Assembly: GCA_963669175.1 (NCBI GenBank)
Contig: OY769902.1
Span: 2,816,001 to 2,880,000 of the forward strand
From: a bacterium
GTDB lineage: Bacteria; Electryoneota; Electryoneia; Electryoneales; Electryoneaceae
Direction: 5' to 3'
Length of the DNA stretch: 64,000 bases
This document shows positions 19,537-29,920 of the stretch, one piece after another. Made by a program: the position numbers and the translations under genes. Numbering within the stretch: position 1 is the first letter of the stretch; each line of letters starts with the position of its first letter. The notes beneath the pieces are model-generated. The model searched no databases and was not told the DNA's origin. It worked only from the letters and a program-made list of their open reading frames with translations.

Positions 19537-21368
19537 GCAACGAATTCTTTGCCGGAAATATGACCGCGCTGAGCGGTCAACCCGAAGCGAACACATTGCG
19601 GCAAATGGCGCAGATGAGCGCGCCCGGCTGCACGGTGGAGCCTTCTCGTGCAGGTGGCCCGACCCTTTCGGTCAATGGTCACACTGTTCACAGCAAGTAT
19701 GCTCCCGAACGTGAAGCAGAGGGATTGGCAAAGAAACTGTTGGGTGACGGACCAAAGCCTGCCGGAATTCTGTTGCTTGGTTTGGGGCTGGGGTATTTGC
19801 CCGAGGCGCTCCTGAAACTGGCGCCAGATAGCAAGCTGATCGTGGTTGAGCCGGAATCCCAGATTTTCGCTTCTGCCATGCAGGCGCGAGATCAAAGGGA
19901 GTTGCTGGAAAGGGCAACCATTCTTGTAGCGTCATCAATCGAAGAGCTGGAAAAGCAGGCGTCCATTCAACTGGCGGCCTGCCGGGGGAAAGTATCCTGT
20001 ATCGTTTCGCCTTCAGCACGCAGTTATGCACCTGACGCGGTTGTACACCTTGAAAAAAGCTTCAACCGTAGAACCCGGTTGCAAGGCCGAAAGCTGCGGT
20101 TGCTGGTTGTTGGTCCGCTTTATGGCGGCAGTCTGCCCGTTACCTATAGCGCGGTAAACGCACTTCGAAAACTTGGTCACAAAGTTGAACTGCTGGATAA
20201 CAGCATCTATAATCAGGCTCGAGTACAGCTTGAAGATATAACACGTAATCCAGATCATAAAAATCAATTACAGGGGCTGTTCACGACCCTGATGGCGGAA
20301 ACAGTCACGGCGAAAGCCATGGACATGCGTGCCCAGATTGTTCTCTTTATGGCGCAGGCTCCGGCGACACCGGATGTGCTGAACGAACTAAGAAACGCCG
20401 GTATCCCAACCGCATTCTGGTTCGTTGAGGATGGCCGCTTGATGCAATATGGCCTGCGAGTCGCTCCGTGGTATGATGTTTTCTTCCATATCCAGAAAGG
20501 ACCGTTCGAACAGGAACTGAAGGCGGCTGGAGCGCGTCATGTGCATTACCTGCCGATGGCGGCTGATCCAGATATTCATATGCCGCTCGAGCTGGATGCG
20601 GAAGATCAGAATCGTTATGGCAGCGATATCAGCCATATGGGGGCGGGTTATTACAACCGTCGTCATTTTTTCCTCGGATTGCTGGACTATAATTTCAAGC
20701 TGTGGGGTAATGAGTGGGATGGAAGTGGCGGACTGGCACGTGTGCTGCAGGATGAAGGCAGACGTGTCAGCACGGAAGAAGTGGTCAAGATCTTCAATGC
20801 GACAAAGGTCAATATCAATCTTCATTCTTCCACCTATACCCAGGGTGTGAATCCCAACGGGGACTTCGTTAATCCACGGACATTTGAGCTGGCAGCCTGT
20901 GGCGCATTCCAACTGGTTGATGAACGGTCACTGCTTCCCGAATTGCTCGAACCGGGCAAGGAAGTTGTTACGTTTACAGATCTTAGCAGTTGCCGTGATG
21001 CCATAGATTATTACCTTGCGCATCCTGAAGAAGCGAAACAAATTGCCGAAGCCGCACGCAAGCGTGTGCTGGCCGAGCATACCTATGTCCACCGCATGCA
21101 GGAAATGCTGGAAGTCATCCTTGAACTTCATGAACCGGCTTTTCAGGAATCCCCGAAAAATACTGTTGAATCACTGGTGGAAGAAGCGGGCGATGATGCC
21201 GAGTTGGCAAACTTCTTCAGGAAGATGGGTGAACCGGAAGAAGAGCTTACGCTTGAAGGGATTGCGGATAAAATCATGCACGATGAAGGTGATTTGAATG
21301 AAACGGAAGCTGTATTTCTGTTGATGAACGAATTCTACCAGTGGGCGAAGGAAAAAGGGGTAGCATGA
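19533..21368 (+). CDS. CgeB/DUF3880-like glycosyltransferase with N-terminal Rossmann-like (Maf-type) domain
   Basis: HSKYAPEREA, LLGLGLGY; KVNINLH, VNPRTFELAACGAFQL, EHTYVHRM. Confidence 0.85.
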   Translation: MSNEFFAGNMTALSGQPEANTLRQMAQMSAPGCTVEPSRAGGPTLSVNGHTVHSKYAPEREAEGLAKKLLGDGPKPAGILLLGLGLGYLPEALLKLAPDSKLIVVEPESQIFASAMQARDQRELLERATILVASSIEELEKQASIQLAACRGKVSCIVSPSARSYAPDAVVHLEKSFNRRTRLQGRKLRLLVVGPLYGGSLPVTYSAVNALRKLGHKVELLDNSIYNQARVQLEDITRNPDHKNQLQGLFTTLMAETVTAKAMDMRAQIVLFMAQAPATPDVLNELRNAGIPTAFWFVEDGRLMQYGLRVAPWYDVFFHIQKGPFEQELKAAGARHVHYLPMAADPDIHMPLELDAEDQNRYGSDISHMGAGYYNRRHFFLGLLDYNFKLWGNEWDGSGGLARVLQDEGRRVSTEEVVKIFNATKVNINLHSSTYTQGVNPNGDFVNPRTFELAACGAFQLVDERSLLPELLEPGKEVVTFTDLSSCRDAIDYYLAHPEEAKQIAEAARKRVLAEHTYVHRMQEMLEVILELHEPAFQESPKNTVESLVEEAGDDAELANFFRKMGEPEEELTLEGIADKIMHDEGDLNETEAVFLLMNEFYQWAKEKGVA

Positions 21369-22939
21369 AGGCTTTGCTGATCAACCTCTCCCGCATGGGA
21401 GACCTGGTACAGATGACAACTGCTGCCAAGGGGCTAAAGGCCCAGCATGGCGCGGAGGTCTCTGTACTGGTCTATGCCGATCTTGCCGCATTTGCGCGAG
21501 GATTGGCAGGGGTGGATCACGTTGTTCCTTTTCATGATGAAGTGTTGGTCAGTGTATTGCGGAATCAGGCTGAAGTCTCTGTATCACAAAGCTTTCGTGT
21601 CTGGGAACAGATGATCGAAGCTGTTAATTCCACGGACTATGATCTCGTTTGTAACCTGACTCATAACGACTTCTCTGCACTGTTGATGCGAAGTATAACC
21701 GGAAAGAAAAAGCTGGGACATATCGCGGACAAACGTGGTATGCAGCATGTTTCCGGTTCCTGGATGCGGTATTTTTTCGCAGCAGTTTCTTCACGCAAGT
21801 TGAATCCCTTTAACCTCGCGGATATTCACCGTCGCGCATGTGGAGTCACTCAATCCGCCGGAACCGTTGAATATGATTTGGGCCGTGTTGATAGGGACGC
21901 GCAAATCCGTGCTCAACAGCTTTTACAGGGATTGCCGCGACCGATTGTGGCGATTCAACCCGGTGCGAATGTTGAACAGAGACGCTGGCCTGCGGAGTAT
22001 TTCGGTGAACTTGCTGCCAGGCTTGCGCAACAGGGGATAGCACCGGTAATCCTCGGTGGCCCGAAAGAGAAAGAGCTTGCGGATAAGGTTGTCGGTTTTG
22101 CCGGTGAAAACCTGCTGAATCTCGCTGGCGCTACTGATCTGTTCACCTTTTCCGGTTTGTTGAAGGAAGTTGATCTTCTGATCGCCAACGATTCCGGGCC
22201 GTCACATCTGGCTACAGCGTCAGGAACACCCGTTGTTTCCATTTCTCTTGCTATGGTTCGTCCGGAAGACACGTCACCACTGGCGCCGGGGCAGTTTGTA
22301 CTGGAAACTCTGCACCCGAACCATCCCTGCCCGGAAACGAATCCCTGCCCGGTCTGTGATTGCGGACGTGAAGTTCCTGTGGATGCCGTTCTGGAAACAA
22401 GCCTGGCCGTATTGGAGAGACGTGAACCGGACTTGAACAGGATTATATCACTGCCCGGGAAATTCCGTTTACGAAAAACAGATGTGGATGAATGGGGTGA
22501 TCAGGTAGTTCAAACCCTGTTCACGTCAAAGGAAGTACAACCTCCGACGTTTGATGATCGTGCATTTCGAGTGTTCTGGCATGCCATACTGGATGAAAAT
22601 ACGGCAGTACAAGTGATTCCTGCTTCAGGACTTACGCTTTCTGAACGTGAGACGGCAATCAAAACTGCCATGTTGTTGGATGAGTTGGCACGGCTGTTCC
22701 GACAGGAGAACGATCAGCCATTAGGTGAACTGATCCGTGAGACGGAAAAACTGTTGACCGGTATCGAGCAGGGATCGGAACGGTTACAGGGAGTATTGCT
22801 GACCTGCCGCCTGGAAAGAGAAGAATTGTACGCATGCGGACGCGGCGCATTGCTGAATGAGGGTGTGAAGCGGTTCGAAACCTGGTCACAAGGCTTGAAC
22901 AGTCTTGCCGGACGCAATGCTGCGGAGGTCGCAGCATGA
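21365..22939 (+). CDS. GT9 glycosyltransferase
   Basis: INLSRMGDLVQ, IQPGA, RRWP, LIANDSGPSHLA. Confidence 0.88.
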   Translation: MKALLINLSRMGDLVQMTTAAKGLKAQHGAEVSVLVYADLAAFARGLAGVDHVVPFHDEVLVSVLRNQAEVSVSQSFRVWEQMIEAVNSTDYDLVCNLTHNDFSALLMRSITGKKKLGHIADKRGMQHVSGSWMRYFFAAVSSRKLNPFNLADIHRRACGVTQSAGTVEYDLGRVDRDAQIRAQQLLQGLPRPIVAIQPGANVEQRRWPAEYFGELAARLAQQGIAPVILGGPKEKELADKVVGFAGENLLNLAGATDLFTFSGLLKEVDLLIANDSGPSHLATASGTPVVSISLAMVRPEDTSPLAPGQFVLETLHPNHPCPETNPCPVCDCGREVPVDAVLETSLAVLERREPDLNRIISLPGKFRLRKTDVDEWGDQVVQTLFTSKEVQPPTFDDRAFRVFWHAILDENTAVQVIPASGLTLSERETAIKTAMLLDELARLFRQENDQPLGELIRETEKLLTGIEQGSERLQGVLLTCRLEREELYACGRGALLNEGVKRFETWSQGLNSLAGRNAAEVAA

Positions 22940-25900
22940 GCGCCAAGACCGGAAAGATCGCCGTCATCAACCTGACCCGCATGGGCGACCTGCTCATGAC
23001 CGGGCCATTACTGGACAGCCTGCGTGAACAACACCCGGATCATGAGATCCACCTCATCGCCACAACCGGCTATATGAATGTTGCGGCAGGAATGGGGTGG
23101 GATCAGGTTATCCCGTTTGATTTTAATGTGTTGACTACGTTGTCGGTAGAGGCGGCTAAAAATTCTGACCGGATTCCGTTGTTGCCGATTATGCGTGATT
23201 TCAAAAAGATGCTGGCTCCTTTGCTGACAATCCCTTATGACGCGATTTACAACGTGAGCCATACGGATGTCAGCTCGGTCCTGAGCTGGCTGATGAATGG
23301 CCCGGTAAAGGGTGGCGTAACCCTTGATGCACGTGGCTATCGCAGCATCCCGAATATCTGGGCTCGGTATTTCTTCGCCGGGAATCTGAATCGTCACCTG
23401 AATCCTTTCCACCTGGTTGACGTCATGGTCGGCACGGGGGATGGAGTCGGAAGCAGAACTCGTCGCAGTGAAATGAGATACACGGTTCCTCCTGAAGCAG
23501 AATCATCATTCCGACAGATGGAATCGGAACTTGGGCTGGACAATGAAAAAGGGCCGAGGATTGTCATTCAGTGCGGCGCTTCCGAAAACAACAAGCGTTG
23601 GGAACCGGAGAAATTCGGGAAGGTTGGAAGAAAGCTGCGTGACGCCACAGGCGCACACATTCTTTATGTCGGGACAGAGAGCGAACTTCCTTTTATACGC
23701 ACTGCTTCACAGGCAACTGGTGAAGGGGCATACATCCTCGCCGGGAAAACCGACATCCCAACACTTGCAGCCTGGTTGCAAAGCTCGGATCTGCTCATCA
23801 GCAATGATACCGGGACCATGCACCTGGCTCAATCAGTCGGGACGAAAAGTCTTGTGATCACACTGGCTTCGGCGCTTTCGGATGAAACCGGCCCTTATGG
23901 GGAAGGCAACCTGATTGTCGAACCGAATGTATCCTGCTTCCCGTGCAGTTTCCATGTGGTATGTCCGCATCTGGATTGTCATTCCGCGATAACAGTACCG
24001 GATATCAGTCGTCTGGCGTTGAATATGTTGCAGGGCAAAGTAAAGAACAGGTATGAACAGGGTGATCTTTCCCAGGGACTGGTTCTCTGGCAGAGTGGAT
24101 TTGATCAGGATGGCTGGTGGAAAAAGCAGCCACTGACACAGCTCCCGATAACACGTGACCGTGTGGCTCGTGAAATCTTCCGTGAGTTATGGAAAGCACG
24201 CTTTGAACCGGAACTGCGTCCGAATGGTTACCACGCTACACACCTTGCCGCCTATCTCAAAGCCAGTTTCGGCAGTTGTCCGGCTGAGATTGAGCGTCGA
24301 TTCCGAGAGAAAGATATCCCGGTAGTACGGGCCATTGCGGAACATGCACGAGTAGGGCAGGGGCTGGCGGCCGAGTTGCAGGAATTGGTATCAGAACCGG
24401 AAAAGCAATATCAGCGGATTCAACACGTTGGCAAATCATTGGCCAATCTGGATCATAAGCTGGAAGAAATGCTGATCACCAACGAACTGTGGCGTCCCCT
24501 GATGCTGCTGTTCCATTTCGAAGCGGGCAACCTGACCCATGGTGATCTGAAGAAGCAGACGGAAGAGACAGAATACATTTATCAGCACCTGGAAATGAAT
24601 GCCGATTCCGTTGCGAATTTGCTGGAAGAAGTCCTCACGCATTGGGACAATGTTTCGGAAACACATTCAGGAAACGGAAAGTCATTGCTTGAACATGAAA
24701 AACCTTTCGTGGTCAAGTCTTTAAACGGTAAACAGCGTCAGGATAACGGATTCAGTGCGTTGCAGCGACCACGCATGCGTGGGGATCGCCTGCATATCCT
24801 TTTCCCACGTGAAACCTATTTCATCCAGCAGGAAATGATCGATGCGTTCCGAAGATTGGGACACAAGGTCACAGAATTGCGCTACAACGATAACCCGAAC
24901 TTCATCCATGAGCTGCTTCATGCCAGCCTGGATGCGGATTTGCTGGTAACGATCAATCATTTAAGTTTCGACAAGTACGGTGAATTGGCGAACCTGCTGG
25001 CTAAAATCGGATTGCCCTATGTATCCTGGTTTGTGGATCGTCCCGGTTTCATCCTGTTGGACCACGAAACAGGACCGAATGACCTGGCTTTCCTGAAAAC
25101 ATGGGAACGATCCACCATTCATGAGATCGAATCCTATGGTTTCACCGATGTAGAATTCCTGCCGTTGGCGACTGACCCGGAACGCTTTTATCCCGGTGTT
25201 GATGAAGGAACAGGCAAGCTGAGATGGGTTGCCAATTCAATGCTCCGACCCGCTGAGGAATGGCGAATCAAAGCCGGAATACCAGTTGCGCCGGAAAAAC
25301 TGTACGAAAAAGCAATTGATATACAGATCTCTGGTAGAATTGAAGGACTGGCCGCGCTTGAAATCGCTGCAAATACCATTGGCGATAACATCTCGGGCTG
25401 GAATGCCGGAAAAAGGTTGACATGGGCGTCCGCTGTAGCATTGGGATCGACATTACGAGCAAGACGGCAGATAGCAAAAGAATGTACCGGGCTGGACCTG
25501 GTTCTGTATGGTGACGAGGGCTGGAAAGCGCTTACGCCGAAGACGGCATATAACGGACCTGTGCCGTATCCGGATGGCCTTCCCGGAATTTACCGGGGCG
25601 GAATTCACTTGAATGTCACCAGTTACCAGATGCCTACTGGTGTGAATCAACGTGTTTTTGATATCCCGGCAGCAGGTGGAATCCTGTTGACAGATGACCA
25701 GGAGGATTTGGGAGATCTGTTCGATCATGACCGTGAATGTCTGACCTTTGATCATCCCGAAGAAGCGGCCAACAAAGCTGCCTACCTGTTGCAGCATCAG
25801 GATTACGGCCGGAAAATCAGCGCCCGGGCACGAGAACGAATTCTTAAAGAACATACATACGACCGTAGAGCACAGAACATTATCTCCACGGTTCGGAAGA

Positions 25901-25947
25901 GAGTAGGGCGGCCTTTGGTCAGCCTGCAAGGAGGTGAAGCATGTTAA
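22936..25947 (+). CDS. GT9-CgeB glycosyltransferase fusion
   Basis: N-term NLTRMGDLL, ISNDTGTMHLA; C-term SWFVD, LPLATDP, VNQRVFD, EHTYDRR. Confidence 0.88.
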   Translation: MSAKTGKIAVINLTRMGDLLMTGPLLDSLREQHPDHEIHLIATTGYMNVAAGMGWDQVIPFDFNVLTTLSVEAAKNSDRIPLLPIMRDFKKMLAPLLTIPYDAIYNVSHTDVSSVLSWLMNGPVKGGVTLDARGYRSIPNIWARYFFAGNLNRHLNPFHLVDVMVGTGDGVGSRTRRSEMRYTVPPEAESSFRQMESELGLDNEKGPRIVIQCGASENNKRWEPEKFGKVGRKLRDATGAHILYVGTESELPFIRTASQATGEGAYILAGKTDIPTLAAWLQSSDLLISNDTGTMHLAQSVGTKSLVITLASALSDETGPYGEGNLIVEPNVSCFPCSFHVVCPHLDCHSAITVPDISRLALNMLQGKVKNRYEQGDLSQGLVLWQSGFDQDGWWKKQPLTQLPITRDRVAREIFRELWKARFEPELRPNGYHATHLAAYLKASFGSCPAEIERRFREKDIPVVRAIAEHARVGQGLAAELQELVSEPEKQYQRIQHVGKSLANLDHKLEEMLITNELWRPLMLLFHFEAGNLTHGDLKKQTEETEYIYQHLEMNADSVANLLEEVLTHWDNVSETHSGNGKSLLEHEKPFVVKSLNGKQRQDNGFSALQRPRMRGDRLHILFPRETYFIQQEMIDAFRRLGHKVTELRYNDNPNFIHELLHASLDADLLVTINHLSFDKYGELANLLAKIGLPYVSWFVDRPGFILLDHETGPNDLAFLKTWERSTIHEIESYGFTDVEFLPLATDPERFYPGVDEGTGKLRWVANSMLRPAEEWRIKAGIPVAPEKLYEKAIDIQISGRIEGLAALEIAANTIGDNISGWNAGKRLTWASAVALGSTLRARRQIAKECTGLDLVLYGDEGWKALTPKTAYNGPVPYPDGLPGIYRGGIHLNVTSYQMPTGVNQRVFDIPAAGGILLTDDQEDLGDLFDHDRECLTFDHPEEAANKAAYLLQHQDYGRKISARARERILKEHTYDRRAQNIISTVRKRVGRPLVSLQGGEAC

Positions 25948-26558
25948 ACGTGATACTGGACGGCCAGACGGTTGACCAGCCTATGACCGGAAGTGAAACT
26001 GTCGCGGATATCGTGAAAGCCATATCCCGTATGATTCCTTCTGACAAAAGTGTGGTCAAGGTTCACCTGGATGGCGCGGACGTAACAGGCAAGTTTGATC
26101 AGCAGAATGGTTACGTCAGCCAGCATAATCGTCTTGAAGTAAATACGGGCAACACTCGTGAACTGGCGGGTGAAACAGTCGTCAGTCTCCTGGAATTTCA
26201 TGGATCCCTGCAAAATGCTTTGGCCAAAGCAGCGGAAGAATTCCGGATGGGTGACGAAAACAGGTCAAACGAAATCTTCGCTCAATGCCTTGACGCCCTG
26301 CAAATCGTCCTTCGTACGTCCTATTCTGTAGCTAACCTTTTTAAAATTAAAGGTGATACAGTCATTGTTGACGATACCAGTATGGACGAGCAGATGCAGC
26401 GGGTCAGCGGGCTGCTTGATGAGATTCTGGAAGCGCAGAATCAACGTGATATGATTCTAATCGCTGATCTTATCGAGTATGAGTTGATTCCCATGATGGA
26501 TACCTGGGAACAGTTCATGCTGCAAATTCAGGCGCGCGGCAAAGTGGATGCTGCCTGA
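25941..26558 (+). CDS. Hypothetical helical protein of the flagellar glycosylation locus
   Basis: RBS GGAGGT; C-term ADLIEYELIP motif; operonic overlap. Confidence 0.7.
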   Translation: MLNVILDGQTVDQPMTGSETVADIVKAISRMIPSDKSVVKVHLDGADVTGKFDQQNGYVSQHNRLEVNTGNTRELAGETVVSLLEFHGSLQNALAKAAEEFRMGDENRSNEIFAQCLDALQIVLRTSYSVANLFKIKGDTVIVDDTSMDEQMQRVSGLLDEILEAQNQRDMILIADLIEYELIPMMDTWEQFMLQIQARGKVDAA

Positions 26559-26560
26559 TC

Positions 26561-26953
26561 ATGAAGAACCGGACTGACATCCTTCTGGAAGAATTGCTTC
26601 AAGCTACAGAAGAAGCAACGAAGGCGGCGCGTATTGATTTTGATCGTGAAGTCGTCAGTTGTCTTCAACGAAGGGAAAAACTGCTTGTAGAATGGTTTTG
26701 TCTTACTGATGAGCAGTTGCCGCCGTTTGACAAGTTCTTTTCAAGTCAGAACAAGCGAAAGCTTACTCGGCAACAGCGTGAGCAAGTGAAGCTGTTGCGT
26801 GAAGGTGACAAGAAGCTCCAGGAGAGCCTGGTGAATCGATTACAGCGTCTCCAGGAGCGGAGAAGTGGGATTCGTAAAGAAGAACGCCTGCGTCACGGTT
26901 TACTGGAAACCGCTCCACGCAGGATGGGAAAACGGCTGGACCGCATCGGCTGA
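26561..26953 (+). CDS. Hypothetical FliT/FlgN-like helical protein
   Basis: 130-aa coiled coil ending LDRIG, directly upstream of flagellin. Confidence 0.55.
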   Translation: MKNRTDILLEELLQATEEATKAARIDFDREVVSCLQRREKLLVEWFCLTDEQLPPFDKFFSSQNKRKLTRQQREQVKLLREGDKKLQESLVNRLQRLQERRSGIRKEERLRHGLLETAPRRMGKRLDRIG

Positions 26954-27054
26954 CCGTTTTATGCTCTTTGACAAGCTGTAAACGCTCTTTGGTATTCTTG
27001 GCGTTTTTGCAAATTCTGCTAATACTTAAAGGGTCACTTCCTGTCTTTCTGAAG

Positions 27055-27081
27055 TAAAGGTTTCCCCAGCCTGTCCGATAA
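27055..27081 (+). promoter_or_regulatory. Sigma28 promoter of flagellin
   Basis: TAAA-N15-TCCGATAA, 50 nt before the fliC ATG. Confidence 0.88.
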
Positions 27082-27131
27082 TACGAACAGCAAGGGGTTC
27101 CATTTACAGTCATAGGCAAGGAGGTGTTCCT

Positions 27132-27971
27132 ATGAGTACGCGCATTAACCACAACGTACTCTCTCTGACCGCGCAGAGGAACGTCTGGACCTCCCAGAAT
27201 CAGTTGGACACAGCGGTAAACCGCTTGTCTTCTGGGCTCCGGATTAACTACGCGTGGGATGATCCCGCCGGTTTGGCGGTGAGCGAGCGTATGCGTGCAC
27301 AGATTTCATCCATGGATGAAGCTGAACGCAACACAAACTACAACATTAACCTGTTGGCCACCGCAGAAGGCGCCATGAGCGTGATCGACGAAAAGTTGAT
27401 CCGTATGCGCGCCCTGTCAGTTGAAGCCTCAAACGGCGCTCTGACAAGTCTCGATCGTCAGTACCTCAACGTTGAATTCCAACAGTTGAAATCGGAAATC
27501 GATCGAATTGCGAACACGACCAACTACAACGGCTTGTACCTGATTAACGGGAACTACAGTACCGGCACAACCGGCCTGAAATTCCACATCGGCACCTACA
27601 ACGTGCGTAATCAGGACTACTACTACGTGAATATCGGTGACCTGCGCTCCAGCGCGTTGGGCCTCAACGGCACCAACCTGCTGAATACGCTTTCAGCGCA
27701 GCAAACCATCAATTCACTCGACAGCGCGATCGACACCAAGGACACTGAAAGGACCCGCGTGGGTTCGTACGTGGAGCGTTTGCAGAACACCCTCCTGAAC
27801 CTGAAGATTTCCAAGGAGAATGCAGTCGCTTCCGAGTCCATGATTCGTGATGCTGATATTGCGTCGGAGATGAGCAACTTTGTTAAGTCTCAGATCCTGT
27901 TCAATTCGGGCATCTCGATGTTGGCTCAGGCGAACATGGTCCCGCAAATGGTGGCAGGGCTGATCGGGTAA
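27132..27971 (+). CDS. fliC: Flagellin (short, 279 aa)
   Basis: RINHN, RLSSGLRIN, DDPAGLAVSE, ASESMIRDADIASEM, LAQAN. Confidence 0.97.
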   Translation: MSTRINHNVLSLTAQRNVWTSQNQLDTAVNRLSSGLRINYAWDDPAGLAVSERMRAQISSMDEAERNTNYNINLLATAEGAMSVIDEKLIRMRALSVEASNGALTSLDRQYLNVEFQQLKSEIDRIANTTNYNGLYLINGNYSTGTTGLKFHIGTYNVRNQDYYYVNIGDLRSSALGLNGTNLLNTLSAQQTINSLDSAIDTKDTERTRVGSYVERLQNTLLNLKISKENAVASESMIRDADIASEMSNFVKSQILFNSGISMLAQANMVPQMVAGLIG

Positions 27972-28053
27972 CCCGTAGTGCAAGGACGGGTTTAGACGAT
28001 ACCGTAAAAAATCGTCGGGCTTGACGGCTAACGCAGTACCATTTAGAAACTAC

Positions 28054-28110
28054 CACCCATGGAAGGCGCAGGTTCCAGGCTGGGGAACAGCGCATCCATG
28101 GGTGTTTTTT
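28054..28110 (+). terminator. Long hairpin with T-tract after fliC
   Basis: CACCCATGGA...TCCATGGGTG followed by TTTTTT. Confidence 0.6.
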
Positions 28111-28177
28111 GTGTGCGCAAGTCAAAGAATAATAACGGTATAGCCTGTTTTGGTCGGCCTTGTTCGTGAGGACGACG

Positions 28178-29863
28178 ATGGCAGAAGATACCACTATATC
28201 AGGGTTATCGTCCGGCATTGACTGGGCCACGATGGTGGACCAGCTGATTGCACTGGAAAGCAAGCCCGTTGAGCTTCTGCTGGATAAGCAGGATGATCTG
28301 AAACTCAAGCGCGATGCCTGGACATCCATCCAGACAAAGCTGGAAGCGCTTGAAGCAAAGTCCAAGAGTATGGACGAGCGTGATGAGTTGCTTCAGATGA
28401 GCGCATCCAGCACGGATACGGATGTCGTCACAGCTTCGGCTAATGCTGATGCGAACACGGCAGCGCATACGATTGAAATCAACCAGTTGGCTCAATCACA
28501 TATTATGGTGCATTCGGATGGTTCCGGAGAAGGCTGGGCCAGCCTGAATACATCACCATTACGAACGAATGCCAGTGGCACTGCCATTGCCGGAACATTT
28601 TCATATGATGTGTATGATGATGATACCGGTGCTGTTGAAACATTTAGCGTCAACATTAGCGCAGGCGCAACATTGGCGGATCTGGTTTCGAAGATCAACA
28701 GGTCTTCGGACAATCCGGGGGTTACGGCGTCAACAATTGACGATGGTGGAACGACCAATCCGATTCACCTGGTACTGACCGCTGACAATACCGGCTCTTT
28801 GTACACTGTTACCATTAATGATGCTGGGACAAACCTTGGTTTGCTTGGCGCAACTGACGCATTTGATTCAGGCAATTTTGTGACCACGCAGGTGGCGCAG
28901 GATGCGCAAATTCGTGTGGATGGATATCCGCCGGCATCTTGGATTACACGAACATCAAATACTGTAGACGATATTATTAATGGTGTTACTTTCAATCTGA
29001 AATCGACAACGAGTGGTTCAACTGAGACAATCAACATCCAGGAAGACTACACGCAAATGAAACAGGACATTCAGGACTGGGTTGATGTGTTCAATGAAGT
29101 CATGATAGAAATTTCTGCTAAGACACGCTATGATGAAGAGAATGAAATCATGGGTGTCCTTATGGGGGATTCAAGCGCTTCATCTGTAAAATCAACCTTG
29201 TTGACTTATGCATCAGCAGCAGTGCCGGGTTTGGAAGAAAACGCTACATACACAAACCTGTCTGCTATTGGAATCAGAGTCGCCAGCGGTGGTCAGTTAA
29301 CGGTAAACACGACCACACTGCAGGAGGCGATGGAAGAAGATCTGGATGCTGTAATCAACTTGTTTGTTCGAAGTCTGGGATCAACATCCACGTCCTTTGA
29401 ATATTTTGCCAGCACAACAGCAACACGTGGTGGTGAATACGAGGTAACTGCCAGTTGGTATGCCAATGGCAGGTTGAAATCAGGAACAATTGGTGGATAC
29501 GAAGCATCTGTAGAATACGGTAATGTGTTGGTAGGTAAATCCGGAACACCCGTTGAAGGTTTGCGTATTCTGTTTAACTATGATGACAGTGGCGCTGGCA
29601 GTGAAACAGCCACAGTGTGGGTCAGTGATCCGGTTACAACGCAGACTGCCAACAGCATTGACCAGTGGACAGATTCAATTGACGGTTTAATTAAAATTGT
29701 TAAAGATGCCTATGAAGAACGGATAGACAATATTGACGAAGAGTTGCTCAATTGGGAGCGACGTTTGGAGACAAAACGACAAGCGCTGGAAAGCTCGTTT
29801 ATCGCAATGGAGTCGTCGATTACGACAGCGCAAAGTCAGTCCCAGTGGTTGTCAACGATTTAA
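28178..29863 (+). CDS. fliD: Filament cap protein FliD
   Basis: ISGLSSGIDW, INQLAQSH, AQDAQIRVDG, SNTVDDIINGVTFNL, F.AME. Confidence 0.95.
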   Translation: MAEDTTISGLSSGIDWATMVDQLIALESKPVELLLDKQDDLKLKRDAWTSIQTKLEALEAKSKSMDERDELLQMSASSTDTDVVTASANADANTAAHTIEINQLAQSHIMVHSDGSGEGWASLNTSPLRTNASGTAIAGTFSYDVYDDDTGAVETFSVNISAGATLADLVSKINRSSDNPGVTASTIDDGGTTNPIHLVLTADNTGSLYTVTINDAGTNLGLLGATDAFDSGNFVTTQVAQDAQIRVDGYPPASWITRTSNTVDDIINGVTFNLKSTTSGSTETINIQEDYTQMKQDIQDWVDVFNEVMIEISAKTRYDEENEIMGVLMGDSSASSVKSTLLTYASAAVPGLEENATYTNLSAIGIRVASGGQLTVNTTTLQEAMEEDLDAVINLFVRSLGSTSTSFEYFASTTATRGGEYEVTASWYANGRLKSGTIGGYEASVEYGNVLVGKSGTPVEGLRILFNYDDSGAGSETATVWVSDPVTTQTANSIDQWTDSIDGLIKIVKDAYEERIDNIDEELLNWERRLETKRQALESSFIAMESSITTAQSQSQWLSTI

Positions 29864-29920
29864 GAGCAGTTGCTTGAAGTTTGACACGTGATCTAGTACG
29901 TTACACAAAGAGGGATCACT

